The notes beneath the pieces were generated by a model that saw nothing but the letters and a program-made list of their open reading frames with translations, did no database searches and was not told the DNA's origin. The position numbers and the translations under genes are program-made. 42,624 nt of DNA from Alphaproteobacteria bacterium (GTDB lineage: Bacteria > Pseudomonadota > Alphaproteobacteria > Rs-D84), in contig JAFGMU010000020.1 of NCBI GenBank assembly GCA_016927395.1, forward strand, positions 1 through 42,624, read 5' to 3'. Shown one piece after another: positions 27,401 through 35,575 of the stretch. Each line of letters opens with the position of its first letter. Positions within the stretch are counted from its first letter, which is position 1.

Positions 27401-28151
27401 TGCGGTATCAAGTGGTGCAAAATATAAATCTGGAAACTGGTATTTTGGTACACGTGCATTTTCAGGAAATATTACGGATGAATCATTGTTGCAAAATGAT
27501 CCGACTGTTTCAAATCAGTACCAACCTGCAACACTGGGATTAATTCAGGGCGCAGAGTCAATAGTAACATGGGGTAATGATAAATTTGCAATTTCTTCAT
27601 CAATCGGTACCGCCCATGAAAGCAATACTATACTGGGCGCACAAACTGGTGGATTATTGGATATGGGGCAGGGTGATACAGTTTATCTGGATAATGTTTT
27701 GTCATACTCACCAAAACAAGATGTAAAAATTTCTTTGCGTTCAACATTTGCAAATACAACTACAAAACCAACTGGTGAATATATTTTAGGAATGTCAGAC
27801 ATAAAATCGAATGCTTTTTCTGTTGATGCACAGATGGGAAGTTTTTCTTTTGCTGTTGCAATGCCTTTGGCAATAACATCAGGAAATATGAAATACGCAT
27901 ATGCCGATTATGAAAGTGTTGAAAATGCCGATGGTAATTTTGATTTGGTTGTAAAAGATACACACATCGAAGATTTGGCATTATCTCCAGAAAAACGTGA
28001 AGTTCGTTTGTCAGGTGCATATCGTGTTAAATTGGGTGCATTCACAGATGGTGCTTTTGGTATGATTTATCGTATTAACCCAAATAATATCAGCGAATTT
28101 GGAAATGAATCGATATTTATGATGAAATTCACGCATAAGTTGGGAATATAA
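24495..28151 (+). CDS. 1218-aa exported protein: ankyrin repeats, degenerate S8 subtilase-like domain and probable C-terminal beta-barrel
   Basis: LLAAAKNADIQQVQALVNNGANINYVDNTG (ankyrin); CG..WCFAAAG, GAVGAVKSAF, FGYGMINLERA (S8 scaffold); amphipathic strands at the C-terminus. Confidence 0.8.
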   Translation: MKFIKIFIFACFFAPSALFAATDFEVASQLLAAAKNADIQQVQALVNNGANINYVDNTGLSVVCTALMNNDVRAAQILQMYGADASKCDQQIKRYNQKLPKESSGGLFSGLSSAQSIALAAAGAAVVVGGLLFLTDALDAGNTNTSSTSTGTDRPGTDTGNTTTATAAFTLPYGPAMPNATSETANYTTNLNYYSPTTDGLIKDNFALLTNTYAQNYLLMMHGYSPLARGYLGMRTLRDTTTRAPISLAGNNLGSESVLGARPVNVALITANGVNALSKPAGDISETTSSLDDKLLLWTTTNVNGTAASGASNDMISSKYYNNKITRGADNNSAIDDSTSEDATSLSLFDLGGYGTVVNNNFSSDIDDLLAKIVGGKDSGYTSADYMGFMPNGQMTIFRTGSGVGMKTASGAVSGNYTDEGDGVWGTGDTLTLYGHTLTITVDATGLGFVATDGTNTYNGYRGTDGLLYVDSDSSGSVDQAYNIETGGNLTLSKEAGATDYLNYKALYNAGLLWAAGDLANGRSKPDVIANADIIEPLHAADAKTISDILSVSATSRETSFINLINQYYNVDTTDGTSGGDSLPGTSATNFFGGLGSSFSPIVIFSTGASVTDSSYSGSTKEATFENAAPLIYSSIEHLFMSVVAVGLTGTGTNGTTSVSGYSPSGKIALSQWHDTTTNTYYKARTCGIGGSGANGIDPWCFAAAGVTDELAVASMAGAVGAVKSAFDYLNNKQLFALLALTSDGPYLGTNSSGTAFTATTLASYLQGMYQMPAEYDYKWQYGGENYLDVFKEVFGYGMINLERATKPGSKIYYYDGTNIVSTSGGAYWRAASNTIFRSSIIFNPRTAYISAPFYDVLESVDGTLSLPRIWENEFTLGISDERALYMGDVLGEFQVSTDKIPEYKVGNMTLQMAVSQKSYDDNMGGLDNMQFGYSVGNMEFAAGYQGHFTDGMSRFDSTSNPILSLASNAVSSGAKYKSGNWYFGTRAFSGNITDESLLQNDPTVSNQYQPATLGLIQGAESIVTWGNDKFAISSSIGTAHESNTILGAQTGGLLDMGQGDTVYLDNVLSYSPKQDVKISLRSTFANTTTKPTGEYILGMSDIKSNAFSVDAQMGSFSFAVAMPLAITSGNMKYAYADYESVENADGNFDLVVKDTHIEDLALSPEKREVRLSGAYRVKLGAFTDGAFGMIYRINPNNISEFGNESIFMMKFTHKLGI

Positions 28152-28177
28152 AAAACGCGCCATTTGGCGCGGTTTTT
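28151..28177. terminator. Bidirectional intrinsic terminator
   Basis: AAAAACGCGCCA-TT-TGGCGCG-GTTTTT. Confidence 0.8.
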
Positions 28178-28571
28178 ATTTTGAAAGTCTTGTTTTGATA
28201 TTATTTACTAAAGTTTTAATTTTTTGTGTTAGAATTTTAAAATTATCTTTTGGTAATCCTGCATACTCTTGTTTGAAACTTATTCTATATATCTCCCACC
28301 ATTTTTTTGCAAAATCAGAATTAACAGGGGATATTTTACCATTTTGATCAAATTGTTTTCCTGAAAAAACAGTTTTTTTACCATTTTTTCTGCTGCGTGT
28401 AAATATTGCTTTCCATTCATCTTCGGTATAAACACCATAACTTTCGTCATTACTTATTGGTGTTTTTTTCATTGCCAATCCAGCTTCGTGAACTATGGTT
28501 ATTATTGCCCCGGTGTCTGTTACGATTATTTTAGGAAATTTATTTTCAGATTCTTCGGTTTCATAAGTCAT
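28176..28571 (-). CDS. Hypothetical protein, 131 aa (orphan-like)
   Basis: Open frame with AAGGA SD; no recognisable motif. Confidence 0.7.
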   Translation of the reverse strand: MTYETEESENKFPKIIVTDTGAIITIVHEAGLAMKKTPISNDESYGVYTEDEWKAIFTRSRKNGKKTVFSGKQFDQNGKISPVNSDFAKKWWEIYRISFKQEYAGLPKDNFKILTQKIKTLVNNIKTRLSK

Positions 28572-28655
28572 AACAAATTATCCTTTTTATTTGATTTGCA
28601 TTATCTTGACACCAAAAAATAAAGTTGTCAATAAAAAATGAGCTAAAATCAAAGA

Positions 28656-29180
28656 TTATTTGCTAACTACAACCATTGCAGGTCGTAAAACCATATCCCC
28701 AAACATGTATCCAGATTGCAATTCACCAACAATCATATTTGGAAATGTTTTTGCCCCGCATGGACAATCTTCTGGTGGAACATCAACAACCTGTAATGCA
28801 TTATGAAACTGTGGGTTTAATGGTTGGCAAATGGTTTCTATTTTTATTATACCAATTTTAGCCAATGTTGATTCCAATGTTTTTGCGATTGAAACAATCC
28901 CTTCATCATTTGGTTCGTGCGACAAAGCAGCACTGATTGCGTCCATCAGCGGTAAAAAATTTTGGGCAATTGACATAACCCGATTTCTGGTTGTTGATTC
29001 AGCATCCAAAGCAGCACGACGACGAGTGTTTTCTAACTCGGCCGCCATACGTAGATATTTATCATTTAACTCTGCGATTTTCGCATTTAAAGAATCAATC
29101 TCGGATGGATTTTCGTTAACTACGACAGCTTCTTCAACTGCATCTTGGGTTTCAATAACTTCTTTTTCTTCCATATTCAT
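28656..29180 (-). CDS. grpE: Nucleotide exchange factor GrpE
   Basis: DKYLRMAAELENTRRR, PQFHNA, QSGY..VLRPAMVVVSK. Confidence 0.95.
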   Translation of the reverse strand: MNMEEKEVIETQDAVEEAVVVNENPSEIDSLNAKIAELNDKYLRMAAELENTRRRAALDAESTTRNRVMSIAQNFLPLMDAISAALSHEPNDEGIVSIAKTLESTLAKIGIIKIETICQPLNPQFHNALQVVDVPPEDCPCGAKTFPNMIVGELQSGYMFGDMVLRPAMVVVSK

Positions 29181-29204
29181 ACCATTTATATCATGTTAAT
29201 AAAA

Positions 29205-29885
29205 CTACACGCTTTTTATTATAGGTAAAAAATCGTCCGGTTTCAAGGATGCGCCACCAACTAAAACACCATCAACATTCAAAATAGACATAATTTCCCC
29301 TGAATTAGCGCCTTTGACTGATCCACCATACAATAAATTGGCTGATGTTAATTTACGAATGTATTCATGAACATCGGCAATTTCCTGGGTTGTGGCAGTT
29401 AAACCGGTACCGATTGCCCATACTGGTTCATATGCAAGAATGTAATTTTCTAATCCATTTGTTGATTCTGTGACCTGGTTTTCAATAACAGAAAATGTTT
29501 GACCAGCATTTTTCTGGTCCAAAGTTTCCCCAACACAAACAATAGGCATTAACCCAGATTCTAGAACCCTTAATGCTTTTTGATTTACAATATCGTTTGT
29601 TTCGTTGTGATATTGGCGACGTTCGCTGTGACCGACAATTACATATTTTGCACCTGATTCTGCAATCATTTTTGCGGATACTTCGCCTGTGTATGCCCCA
29701 TGTTCGTGTGTGCTGACATCCTGTGCGCCTATTGAAATTCTATCGGATTTTTTACAATTCAACATCGTAAAAGGGACGCAAATTATCAAGTTGTTTTCAG
29801 TGTCAATTTCATTTAAAACCGAAATCATACTATCTAATTCTGCAACTGAACCGTTAATTTTCCAATTTCCCGCGATTATCTTCAT
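29205..29885 (-). CDS. tpiA: Triosephosphate isomerase
   Basis: AGNWK, GHSERR, AYEPVWAIGTG, YGGSVK, LVGGASL. Confidence 0.98.
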   Translation of the reverse strand: MKIIAGNWKINGSVAELDSMISVLNEIDTENNLIICVPFTMLNCKKSDRISIGAQDVSTHEHGAYTGEVSAKMIAESGAKYVIVGHSERRQYHNETNDIVNQKALRVLESGLMPIVCVGETLDQKNAGQTFSVIENQVTESTNGLENYILAYEPVWAIGTGLTATTQEIADVHEYIRKLTSANLLYGGSVKGANSGEIMSILNVDGVLVGGASLKPDDFLPIIKSV

Positions 29886-29952
29886 TTTTTACCCTTTTTT
29901 CCATTTGATTTTTTATCCAAAGTTCTGCTATGTTATCCCAAAAGGATTAAAA

Positions 29953-31368
29953 ATGCTAGAATATTTACGCGACATGTCGAACAAACCTATTGCCAAAGTA
30001 TTGATTGGAATCTTGATGTTTTCATTCGTTGGTTGGGGTGTTGCTGAATGGGTTTTGAGTAATGCAAGCCGTGAAAGTACAATGGTTCAAGTTGGTGATA
30101 TTAAAATAACGCCCGGTCAATTCAGCAGCGAAAAATCGCGCGAAATGGCCAGATTATCAAAGCCACAACAAAAACAGATTTACACAGATTCAGCTGTTGC
30201 AACCGCATTTTTGGATAAAGTAATGGCAGATTTAATCAGCAATGCGATGGTTGAAAATCGTGCCCAGGATTTGGGATTTATTGTAACTGATAAACGTATT
30301 GCAATGGAAATCCGTATGTTCCCAGAATTTCAAGAAAAAGGTGTGTTTTCACCAGAAAAATTCGAAAGACTGCTGAATAACGCTGGATTCACCGAAGAAC
30401 AATTTGCAGATTATTTACGTAATCAGATTTTACGTTCAATGGTTTTGGGTTCAATGTCAGTACCGGTAAAAGTTTCAAATTTTGAAGCTTTGGTTGCGTA
30501 TAATTCCCGTTATGGTGAAAGATTAATTGAATATACCCAGGTTAAATTCAGCGATTTCAAAGTTGGTGTACCAAATGATGAAAGTCTGCGTGAATTTTAT
30601 AAGAAAAATCCAAAAATGATTCCAGAAACCAGGGTTGTTTCCTATGTAATGATTCCTGCAAAAATGGATCAACCGGATAGCTATGATGCTGGTTATACAC
30701 GCGCTCAAAAAATGGAAGATGCGATTATTTCTGGTGAAACTATGTCAGCGGCCGCAAAAAGCGTCAAAGCAAAATTTGTCACACTGCAAGCATTTTCAAA
30801 AAATAAAAAACCAATTGATCAATTGCTGACAGATTCTGTCGTTGAAAAATTATTTTCAATGGACCAGGGTCTGGAAAGTGAAATTACAGAAACAAAACAA
30901 GGATTTGTAATTTTCCGTGTTGAAAAAATTAATCCTGAATATGCCGCAGATTTTAAATCAGTAAAAGACAGTCTGATTTCTGCATGGAAAACCGAAGAAC
31001 AGAAAAAACAGGCATACTTGCGTGCGAATAATTTGTTAATGGATTTGAATAAAACAAAAATATTAAAAGATAAGAAAACAGCAACGGTTTCGCGTGCAAA
31101 TGGTGCGCCAACAGATGTTTTGGTTGCAGCTTTTGGACAACCAGTGGGAAATAATTCAATAGTCCCAGGTCAGAACTCTTTTTATGTATTGAGTATTAAA
31201 AAAGAAATATCCCCAAAAGTTGATAATACAAAAATGGCAGCATTGAAAAAAGAACTGCAAAGCATGAAACAACGTGAAATTATGGAAGATTATAATTCAT
31301 TTTTGATGCGTGAATACCGGGTCAAAGTTAATCAAAAAGTTGTTAAAAGGTTATTTGGCGGAAAATAA
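29953..31368 (+). CDS. ppiD: PpiD/SurA-N family periplasmic chaperone (start at ATG 29953)
   Basis: MLEYLR..KVLIGILMFSFVGWGV anchor and SurA-N-like region; AAGGA SD; divergent from tpiA. Confidence 0.8.
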   Translation: MLEYLRDMSNKPIAKVLIGILMFSFVGWGVAEWVLSNASRESTMVQVGDIKITPGQFSSEKSREMARLSKPQQKQIYTDSAVATAFLDKVMADLISNAMVENRAQDLGFIVTDKRIAMEIRMFPEFQEKGVFSPEKFERLLNNAGFTEEQFADYLRNQILRSMVLGSMSVPVKVSNFEALVAYNSRYGERLIEYTQVKFSDFKVGVPNDESLREFYKKNPKMIPETRVVSYVMIPAKMDQPDSYDAGYTRAQKMEDAIISGETMSAAAKSVKAKFVTLQAFSKNKKPIDQLLTDSVVEKLFSMDQGLESEITETKQGFVIFRVEKINPEYAADFKSVKDSLISAWKTEEQKKQAYLRANNLLMDLNKTKILKDKKTATVSRANGAPTDVLVAAFGQPVGNNSIVPGQNSFYVLSIKKEISPKVDNTKMAALKKELQSMKQREIMEDYNSFLMREYRVKVNQKVVKRLFGGK

Positions 31369-31377
31369 TAAAAAATT

Positions 31378-31400
31378 TGCGGGCAAGTCCCGCATTTTTA
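31378..31400. terminator. Intrinsic terminator between ppiD and ccrM
   Basis: TGCGGG-CAAGT-CCCGCA-TTTTT. Confidence 0.75.
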
Positions 31401-31420
31401 TTTAAAATATTATGTTTTTA

Positions 31421-32536
31421 TTAAGCGGCTTTTTTGATGTCTTGTTTTATACTGCGGACATATTTGCGTAAATCATCAATTGGAACCAGTGAACCGTCAC
31501 GTTTTTGTGCACTCCAGTAATCCCAACCATTAAAGCTGGCACTTCGCTGCATTTTTGCAGCCATTATGTGAATTGATGCTTTGCCATGTAATGAATGTGT
31601 CAGTTGACCGTCGCGTGTTATCATTACTCGTTCTCCACGCGGACTGACCAGTGTTTGTCCCGAATATAATAATCCAGCTTCGATTAATTCATTGAATGCG
31701 ACTTTGATTTCATCACGTTTCGGTGTTGAAATTTCGATTTCTGACAAATCTATTGGTTTTACAGATTCCAGTCTGGCAATTGCTGCATTAACATAAGATT
31801 CATCTTGTTCAAAACCGATAAAGTTTCGACCTAATTCTTTGGCTGCTGCAGCTGTTGTTCCACTGCCAATAAACGGATCTAAAATTATGTCGCCAGGTTT
31901 CGTTGAAGATAGAATTACTCGTCGCAATAAATCCATAGGTTTTTGGGTATTGTGCAAACTTTTACCATTTTTATCTTTTATTCTTTCTTCACCCAGGCAA
32001 ATATTTATATCCCAATCAGAACGCATTTGTTTGCCACCGTTCAACTTTTTCATAGTTTCGTAATTAAAAGTATATTTTCCGGTTTTATGCGGTGTTGCCC
32101 AAATCATTGTTTCGTGGGCATTTGTAAATCTGGTGCCACGGAAATTTGGCATAGGATTATTTTTTACCCAAACAATATCGTTTAAAATCCAAAATCCCAG
32201 GTCTTGTAAAATGCTACCTACACGGAAAATATTGTGATAGCTGCCAATAACCCACATAGCCCCGTCTGGTTTTAATACACGTTTACATTCGGTCATCCAG
32301 GCACGGGTGAATTCATCGTACGCAGCATTTGATTCAAAAGAATCCCAAGAATCACGTACAGCACGTGCGGCCGTTTGATCTTCGGGTCGATAAAGCGTTT
32401 TTTCGCCCAGTTGCAGATTATAAGGAGAGTCAGCAAAAACCGCATCCACCGAGCCATCGGGTAATTCGCGCATACGTTCTATGCAATCACCGAGCAAAAT
32501 TTTGTTCAGATATTTTTTCATTCTCTCTTTTGGCAT
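31421..32536 (-). CDS. ccrM: CcrM-type beta-class DNA adenine methyltransferase (alternative start 32521)
   Basis: ADSPYNLQL, WVIGSYHNIFRVG, GFWILNDIVW, NPMPNFRGTRFTNAHET, QMRSDW, TQKP, DPFIGSGTT, SIH..NGWDYW; no cognate endonuclease nearby. Confidence 0.92.
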   Translation of the reverse strand: MPKERMKKYLNKILLGDCIERMRELPDGSVDAVFADSPYNLQLGEKTLYRPEDQTAARAVRDSWDSFESNAAYDEFTRAWMTECKRVLKPDGAMWVIGSYHNIFRVGSILQDLGFWILNDIVWVKNNPMPNFRGTRFTNAHETMIWATPHKTGKYTFNYETMKKLNGGKQMRSDWDINICLGEERIKDKNGKSLHNTQKPMDLLRRVILSSTKPGDIILDPFIGSGTTAAAAKELGRNFIGFEQDESYVNAAIARLESVKPIDLSEIEISTPKRDEIKVAFNELIEAGLLYSGQTLVSPRGERVMITRDGQLTHSLHGKASIHIMAAKMQRSASFNGWDYWSAQKRDGSLVPIDDLRKYVRSIKQDIKKAA

Positions 32537-32712
32537 TTTTTACTGCCTATAATCTGTATTTTACCATATTTTAGACCCATTAAAAAGCGCTGGACGCGGG
32601 ATATGGGTAAAATAAATAGCTTGATTTTTATAAAAACCTAAATTTTTTTTCATACTATGATTTTAATTTTGTTCTTTACACTTTGACCCAAGATTGCTAA
32701 TTTACAATGGTT

Positions 32713-33213
32713 ATGAGATGCCCCTATTGCAATTCTACAGACAGTCAGGTGAAAGATTCACGCCCTGATATTGAAGACGCGATTATTCGCCGTCGTCGTG
32801 TTTGCAATCAATGTGGTGCCAAATTTACAACCGTTGAACGTGTTCAAATGCGTGATTTAATGGTTCGTAAAAACAGTGGTAAAACCGAACCGTTTGATCG
32901 TGAAAAATTAAAACGCAGTATCAGAATTGCTTGTCGGAATCGCGATGTCAGCGACGAGCAAATAGAAAAAGTCGTAACATCAATTCATCGCAGATTGGAA
33001 ACCGAAACGACTGATGATTCAGTAAGCAGTGAAATGGTTGGAAAAATGGTATCTGATTCTTTATTGAATCTGGACCAGATAGCTTTTGTACGATTTGTAT
33101 CTGTTTACAGAAAATTTTCCAAAATTTCCGATTTTAAGAAAATTATCAGCCAAATACCCGAGGTAGATGAAGGCGCAGTTGTTTGTGAATTGCCCAAAAC
33201 ATCACTATTTTAA
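32713..33213 (+). CDS. nrdR: Transcriptional repressor NrdR (alternative start 32707)
   Basis: MRCPYC..VKDSR..RRRRVCNQC..FTTVE, ATP-cone, VRFVSVYR. Confidence 0.97.
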   Translation: MRCPYCNSTDSQVKDSRPDIEDAIIRRRRVCNQCGAKFTTVERVQMRDLMVRKNSGKTEPFDREKLKRSIRIACRNRDVSDEQIEKVVTSIHRRLETETTDDSVSSEMVGKMVSDSLLNLDQIAFVRFVSVYRKFSKISDFKKIISQIPEVDEGAVVCELPKTSLF

Positions 33214-33215
33214 TT

Positions 33216-34937
33216 ATGAAGAAATTTTTATCTGTTTTAATAATGTTTTTTATCCCTGTGACATTACGCGCGGCAGATTTGCCGTCTATTTTGTCTAATC
33301 AGGATGCCGAAATTTATACAAATATTTTTGATTTGCAGTCACGTGAAAAAATCGACGCTGCTATTAAATTGGAAAAACAAATTTCTGACCCAATACTGAT
33401 GAGTGAGGTTTTGTATCAACGATACACATCAAAAACTTATCATACCAAGGGAAAAGAAGTCATAGCATGGATGGAAAAATACTATAATATGCCAGGTGCT
33501 GAACGTATGTATAATCTGGCTAAAATAAAAAAAGTAAGTGTTCGTTCGCCCAGATTACCATCTGTTATAAATGGAAAATCAATAGAAACAGCGCAGTCTG
33601 AAAATTGGACACAAAAAAGATATTATGGTGAAACAGATAAAAATATAACTAAATTTAAAAAATCAATTCGTACCGGCAGTACAAAAAATGCAAGATTATT
33701 GTTGGAAAATCCTTCTTTCAAAAAGAAATTAACCGAATCTGATTATGGTCGATTGGCTGGTCGATTGGCTTTTGTTTATTATACAAATGGTGAATTTGAA
33801 TTGGCAAAAAAATGGGGCTTTGTTTCATCGGATGCAAAATCCGAATATGGTTTATGGACAATGGGATTGTTGTATTATAAAGAAGAAAAATTTGAAGAAA
33901 GTGAAAAATATTTCAGTGAAATTTTAAAATTACAACAAATAAACGATGCCAGAAAAACCGAGGCAGCATTCTGGGCTGGCCGCGCAGCAGAGGCAAATGA
34001 TGACAGAAAAAGTGCAAAAACATATTGGAAAATCGCTTCTGCTCATCCAATGGCTTTTTACGGGGCTTTGTCCGCGACAATGTTGGATGATGTTCCCGAC
34101 TATGAATTTTTTGAACAAGATTTAAGTGATGATGATTTAGATGCATTGAAAGATTCTAAATATGGTAAATTAGCCCTGGCTTTGTTACAGGTAAAACAAA
34201 ACGAGAGAGCAGAGCAATATCTGAAATTATTAATAACTTCTAAGGCTGCTGATAAAACATTACATGCTGTTAATTCTGTTTCAACTGCTTACGCATTGCC
34301 GCGTGTTTCTATGCAGGTTGCAAACGTAGTAAGGGATCGTGGTATTTTGGAAATTGACCCTGGTATTATTTATTCTGCTCAATATCCTTTGCCAGATTGG
34401 GAACCACTGGGTGGTTGGTCAATTGACAGGGCCTTGTTATTTGCAATTACAAAACAAGAAAGTGGATTCAAAACTGGGGCAAAATCAACTGCCGGGGCCA
34501 AGGGATTAATGCAGTTAATGCCTGGAACTGCAAGAATTGTTGCACGTCAAAATAAAATGAAAATGTCTGATATTGATATGTCAAAACCTGAACATAATAT
34601 GTTTTTGGGTCAGCAGCATATTGTTGATTTGTTGGCACACCCCAATATTAACAATAATATTATAAAAATGTTGGCAGCATACAATGCGGGTATGGGTATG
34701 TTGGTTCGTTTTGACAGGAATTTTGATACTTCGGATCCTTTGCTTTATATCGAAAGTTTTCCAGCGTATGAAACTCGTAATTATATGAAACGTGTTATGT
34801 CAAATTTGTGGTTATACCGTGCACGTCTGGATCAGCCTTTGACATCTATGGAAGAATTGTCCGAAGGAAAGTGGCCACTTTACAGCAGCGAAGACGAATA
34901 TGTTCAAAAGCAAATTGCTGATAGAACATCGATATAA
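33216..34937 (+). CDS. Soluble lytic transglycosylase (Slt70-like)
   Basis: Signal peptide, TPR-like helices, KQESGF, GAKGLMQLMPGTA, AYNAG, ETRNY. Confidence 0.93.
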   Translation: MKKFLSVLIMFFIPVTLRAADLPSILSNQDAEIYTNIFDLQSREKIDAAIKLEKQISDPILMSEVLYQRYTSKTYHTKGKEVIAWMEKYYNMPGAERMYNLAKIKKVSVRSPRLPSVINGKSIETAQSENWTQKRYYGETDKNITKFKKSIRTGSTKNARLLLENPSFKKKLTESDYGRLAGRLAFVYYTNGEFELAKKWGFVSSDAKSEYGLWTMGLLYYKEEKFEESEKYFSEILKLQQINDARKTEAAFWAGRAAEANDDRKSAKTYWKIASAHPMAFYGALSATMLDDVPDYEFFEQDLSDDDLDALKDSKYGKLALALLQVKQNERAEQYLKLLITSKAADKTLHAVNSVSTAYALPRVSMQVANVVRDRGILEIDPGIIYSAQYPLPDWEPLGGWSIDRALLFAITKQESGFKTGAKSTAGAKGLMQLMPGTARIVARQNKMKMSDIDMSKPEHNMFLGQQHIVDLLAHPNINNNIIKMLAAYNAGMGMLVRFDRNFDTSDPLLYIESFPAYETRNYMKRVMSNLWLYRARLDQPLTSMEELSEGKWPLYSSEDEYVQKQIADRTSI

Positions 34938-34960
34938 ACCCAATTAAAATAAATAAAATT

Positions 34961-35575
34961 ATGGACACACCAAATTTTTCTTTTGAACAAGAAAGTGGTT
35001 TTGCATTTGTTGCAGGTTGTGACGAAGCAGGGCGTGGCCCATTATGTGGACCGGTTGTTGCTGCGGCTGTAATTTTTCCAGATAAAAATATTTCAATTCC
35101 GGTTTTAATAACTGATTCAAAACAAATGAATCATAAAAATCGTGCGATTGCATATGATTGGATTATAAAAAATACAATTTGGGCAATCGGCCAGTGCAGC
35201 GCTGCCGAAATTGATGAAATTAACATTTTACAGGCATCAATGCTGGCAATGCGGCGTGCAGTGGATTCTTTGGCAACCAAACCGGAATTTTGTTTAATTG
35301 ATGGAAACAGGGTACCAAAAGATTTAACAGGCAGGGCAATTGTCAAAGGCGATTCTAAATCAATATCGATTGCAGCCGCTTCAATAATTGCCAAAGAAAC
35401 ACGTGATAAAATTATGATTGAATTAGCAGCCCAGTTTCCACAATATGATTGGGATAAAAATGCGGGATATCCAACATCATCACATTTGCAAGCAATCCAA
35501 AAATATGGTATAAATCAGCATTACAGAAAAACATATAAATCAATCAGGGAATTATTGGAAAAAAAGGATAACTAA
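34961..35575 (+). CDS. rnhB: Ribonuclease HII
   Basis: GCDEAGRGPLCGPVVAAAV, DSK, LIDGN, KGDSKS.SIAAASIIAK. Confidence 0.97.
   Translation: MDTPNFSFEQESGFAFVAGCDEAGRGPLCGPVVAAAVIFPDKNISIPVLITDSKQMNHKNRAIAYDWIIKNTIWAIGQCSAAEIDEINILQASMLAMRRAVDSLATKPEFCLIDGNRVPKDLTGRAIVKGDSKSISIAAASIIAKETRDKIMIELAAQFPQYDWDKNAGYPTSSHLQAIQKYGINQHYRKTYKSIRELLEKKDN

Noticed and set aside
19682-28151. The ~189-aa and 1218-aa proteins both end in KLGI
   Set aside because: A four-residue match in different structural contexts (helix versus strand); too little to support a shared signal.
10802-28571. Prophage, ICE or conjugation island
   Set aside because: No integrase, transposase, phage structural, relaxase or VirB4-like gene, no tRNA or att duplication, and promoters and terminators look like those of the core genes.
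29689-29952. N-terminal 88 aa of the 559-aa ORF
   Set aside because: Mostly antisense to tpiA; the SD and family N-terminus point to ATG 29953.
31421-32536. Restriction-modification or defence system
   Set aside because: A solitary methylase with CcrM signatures among housekeeping genes, with no endonuclease nearby.
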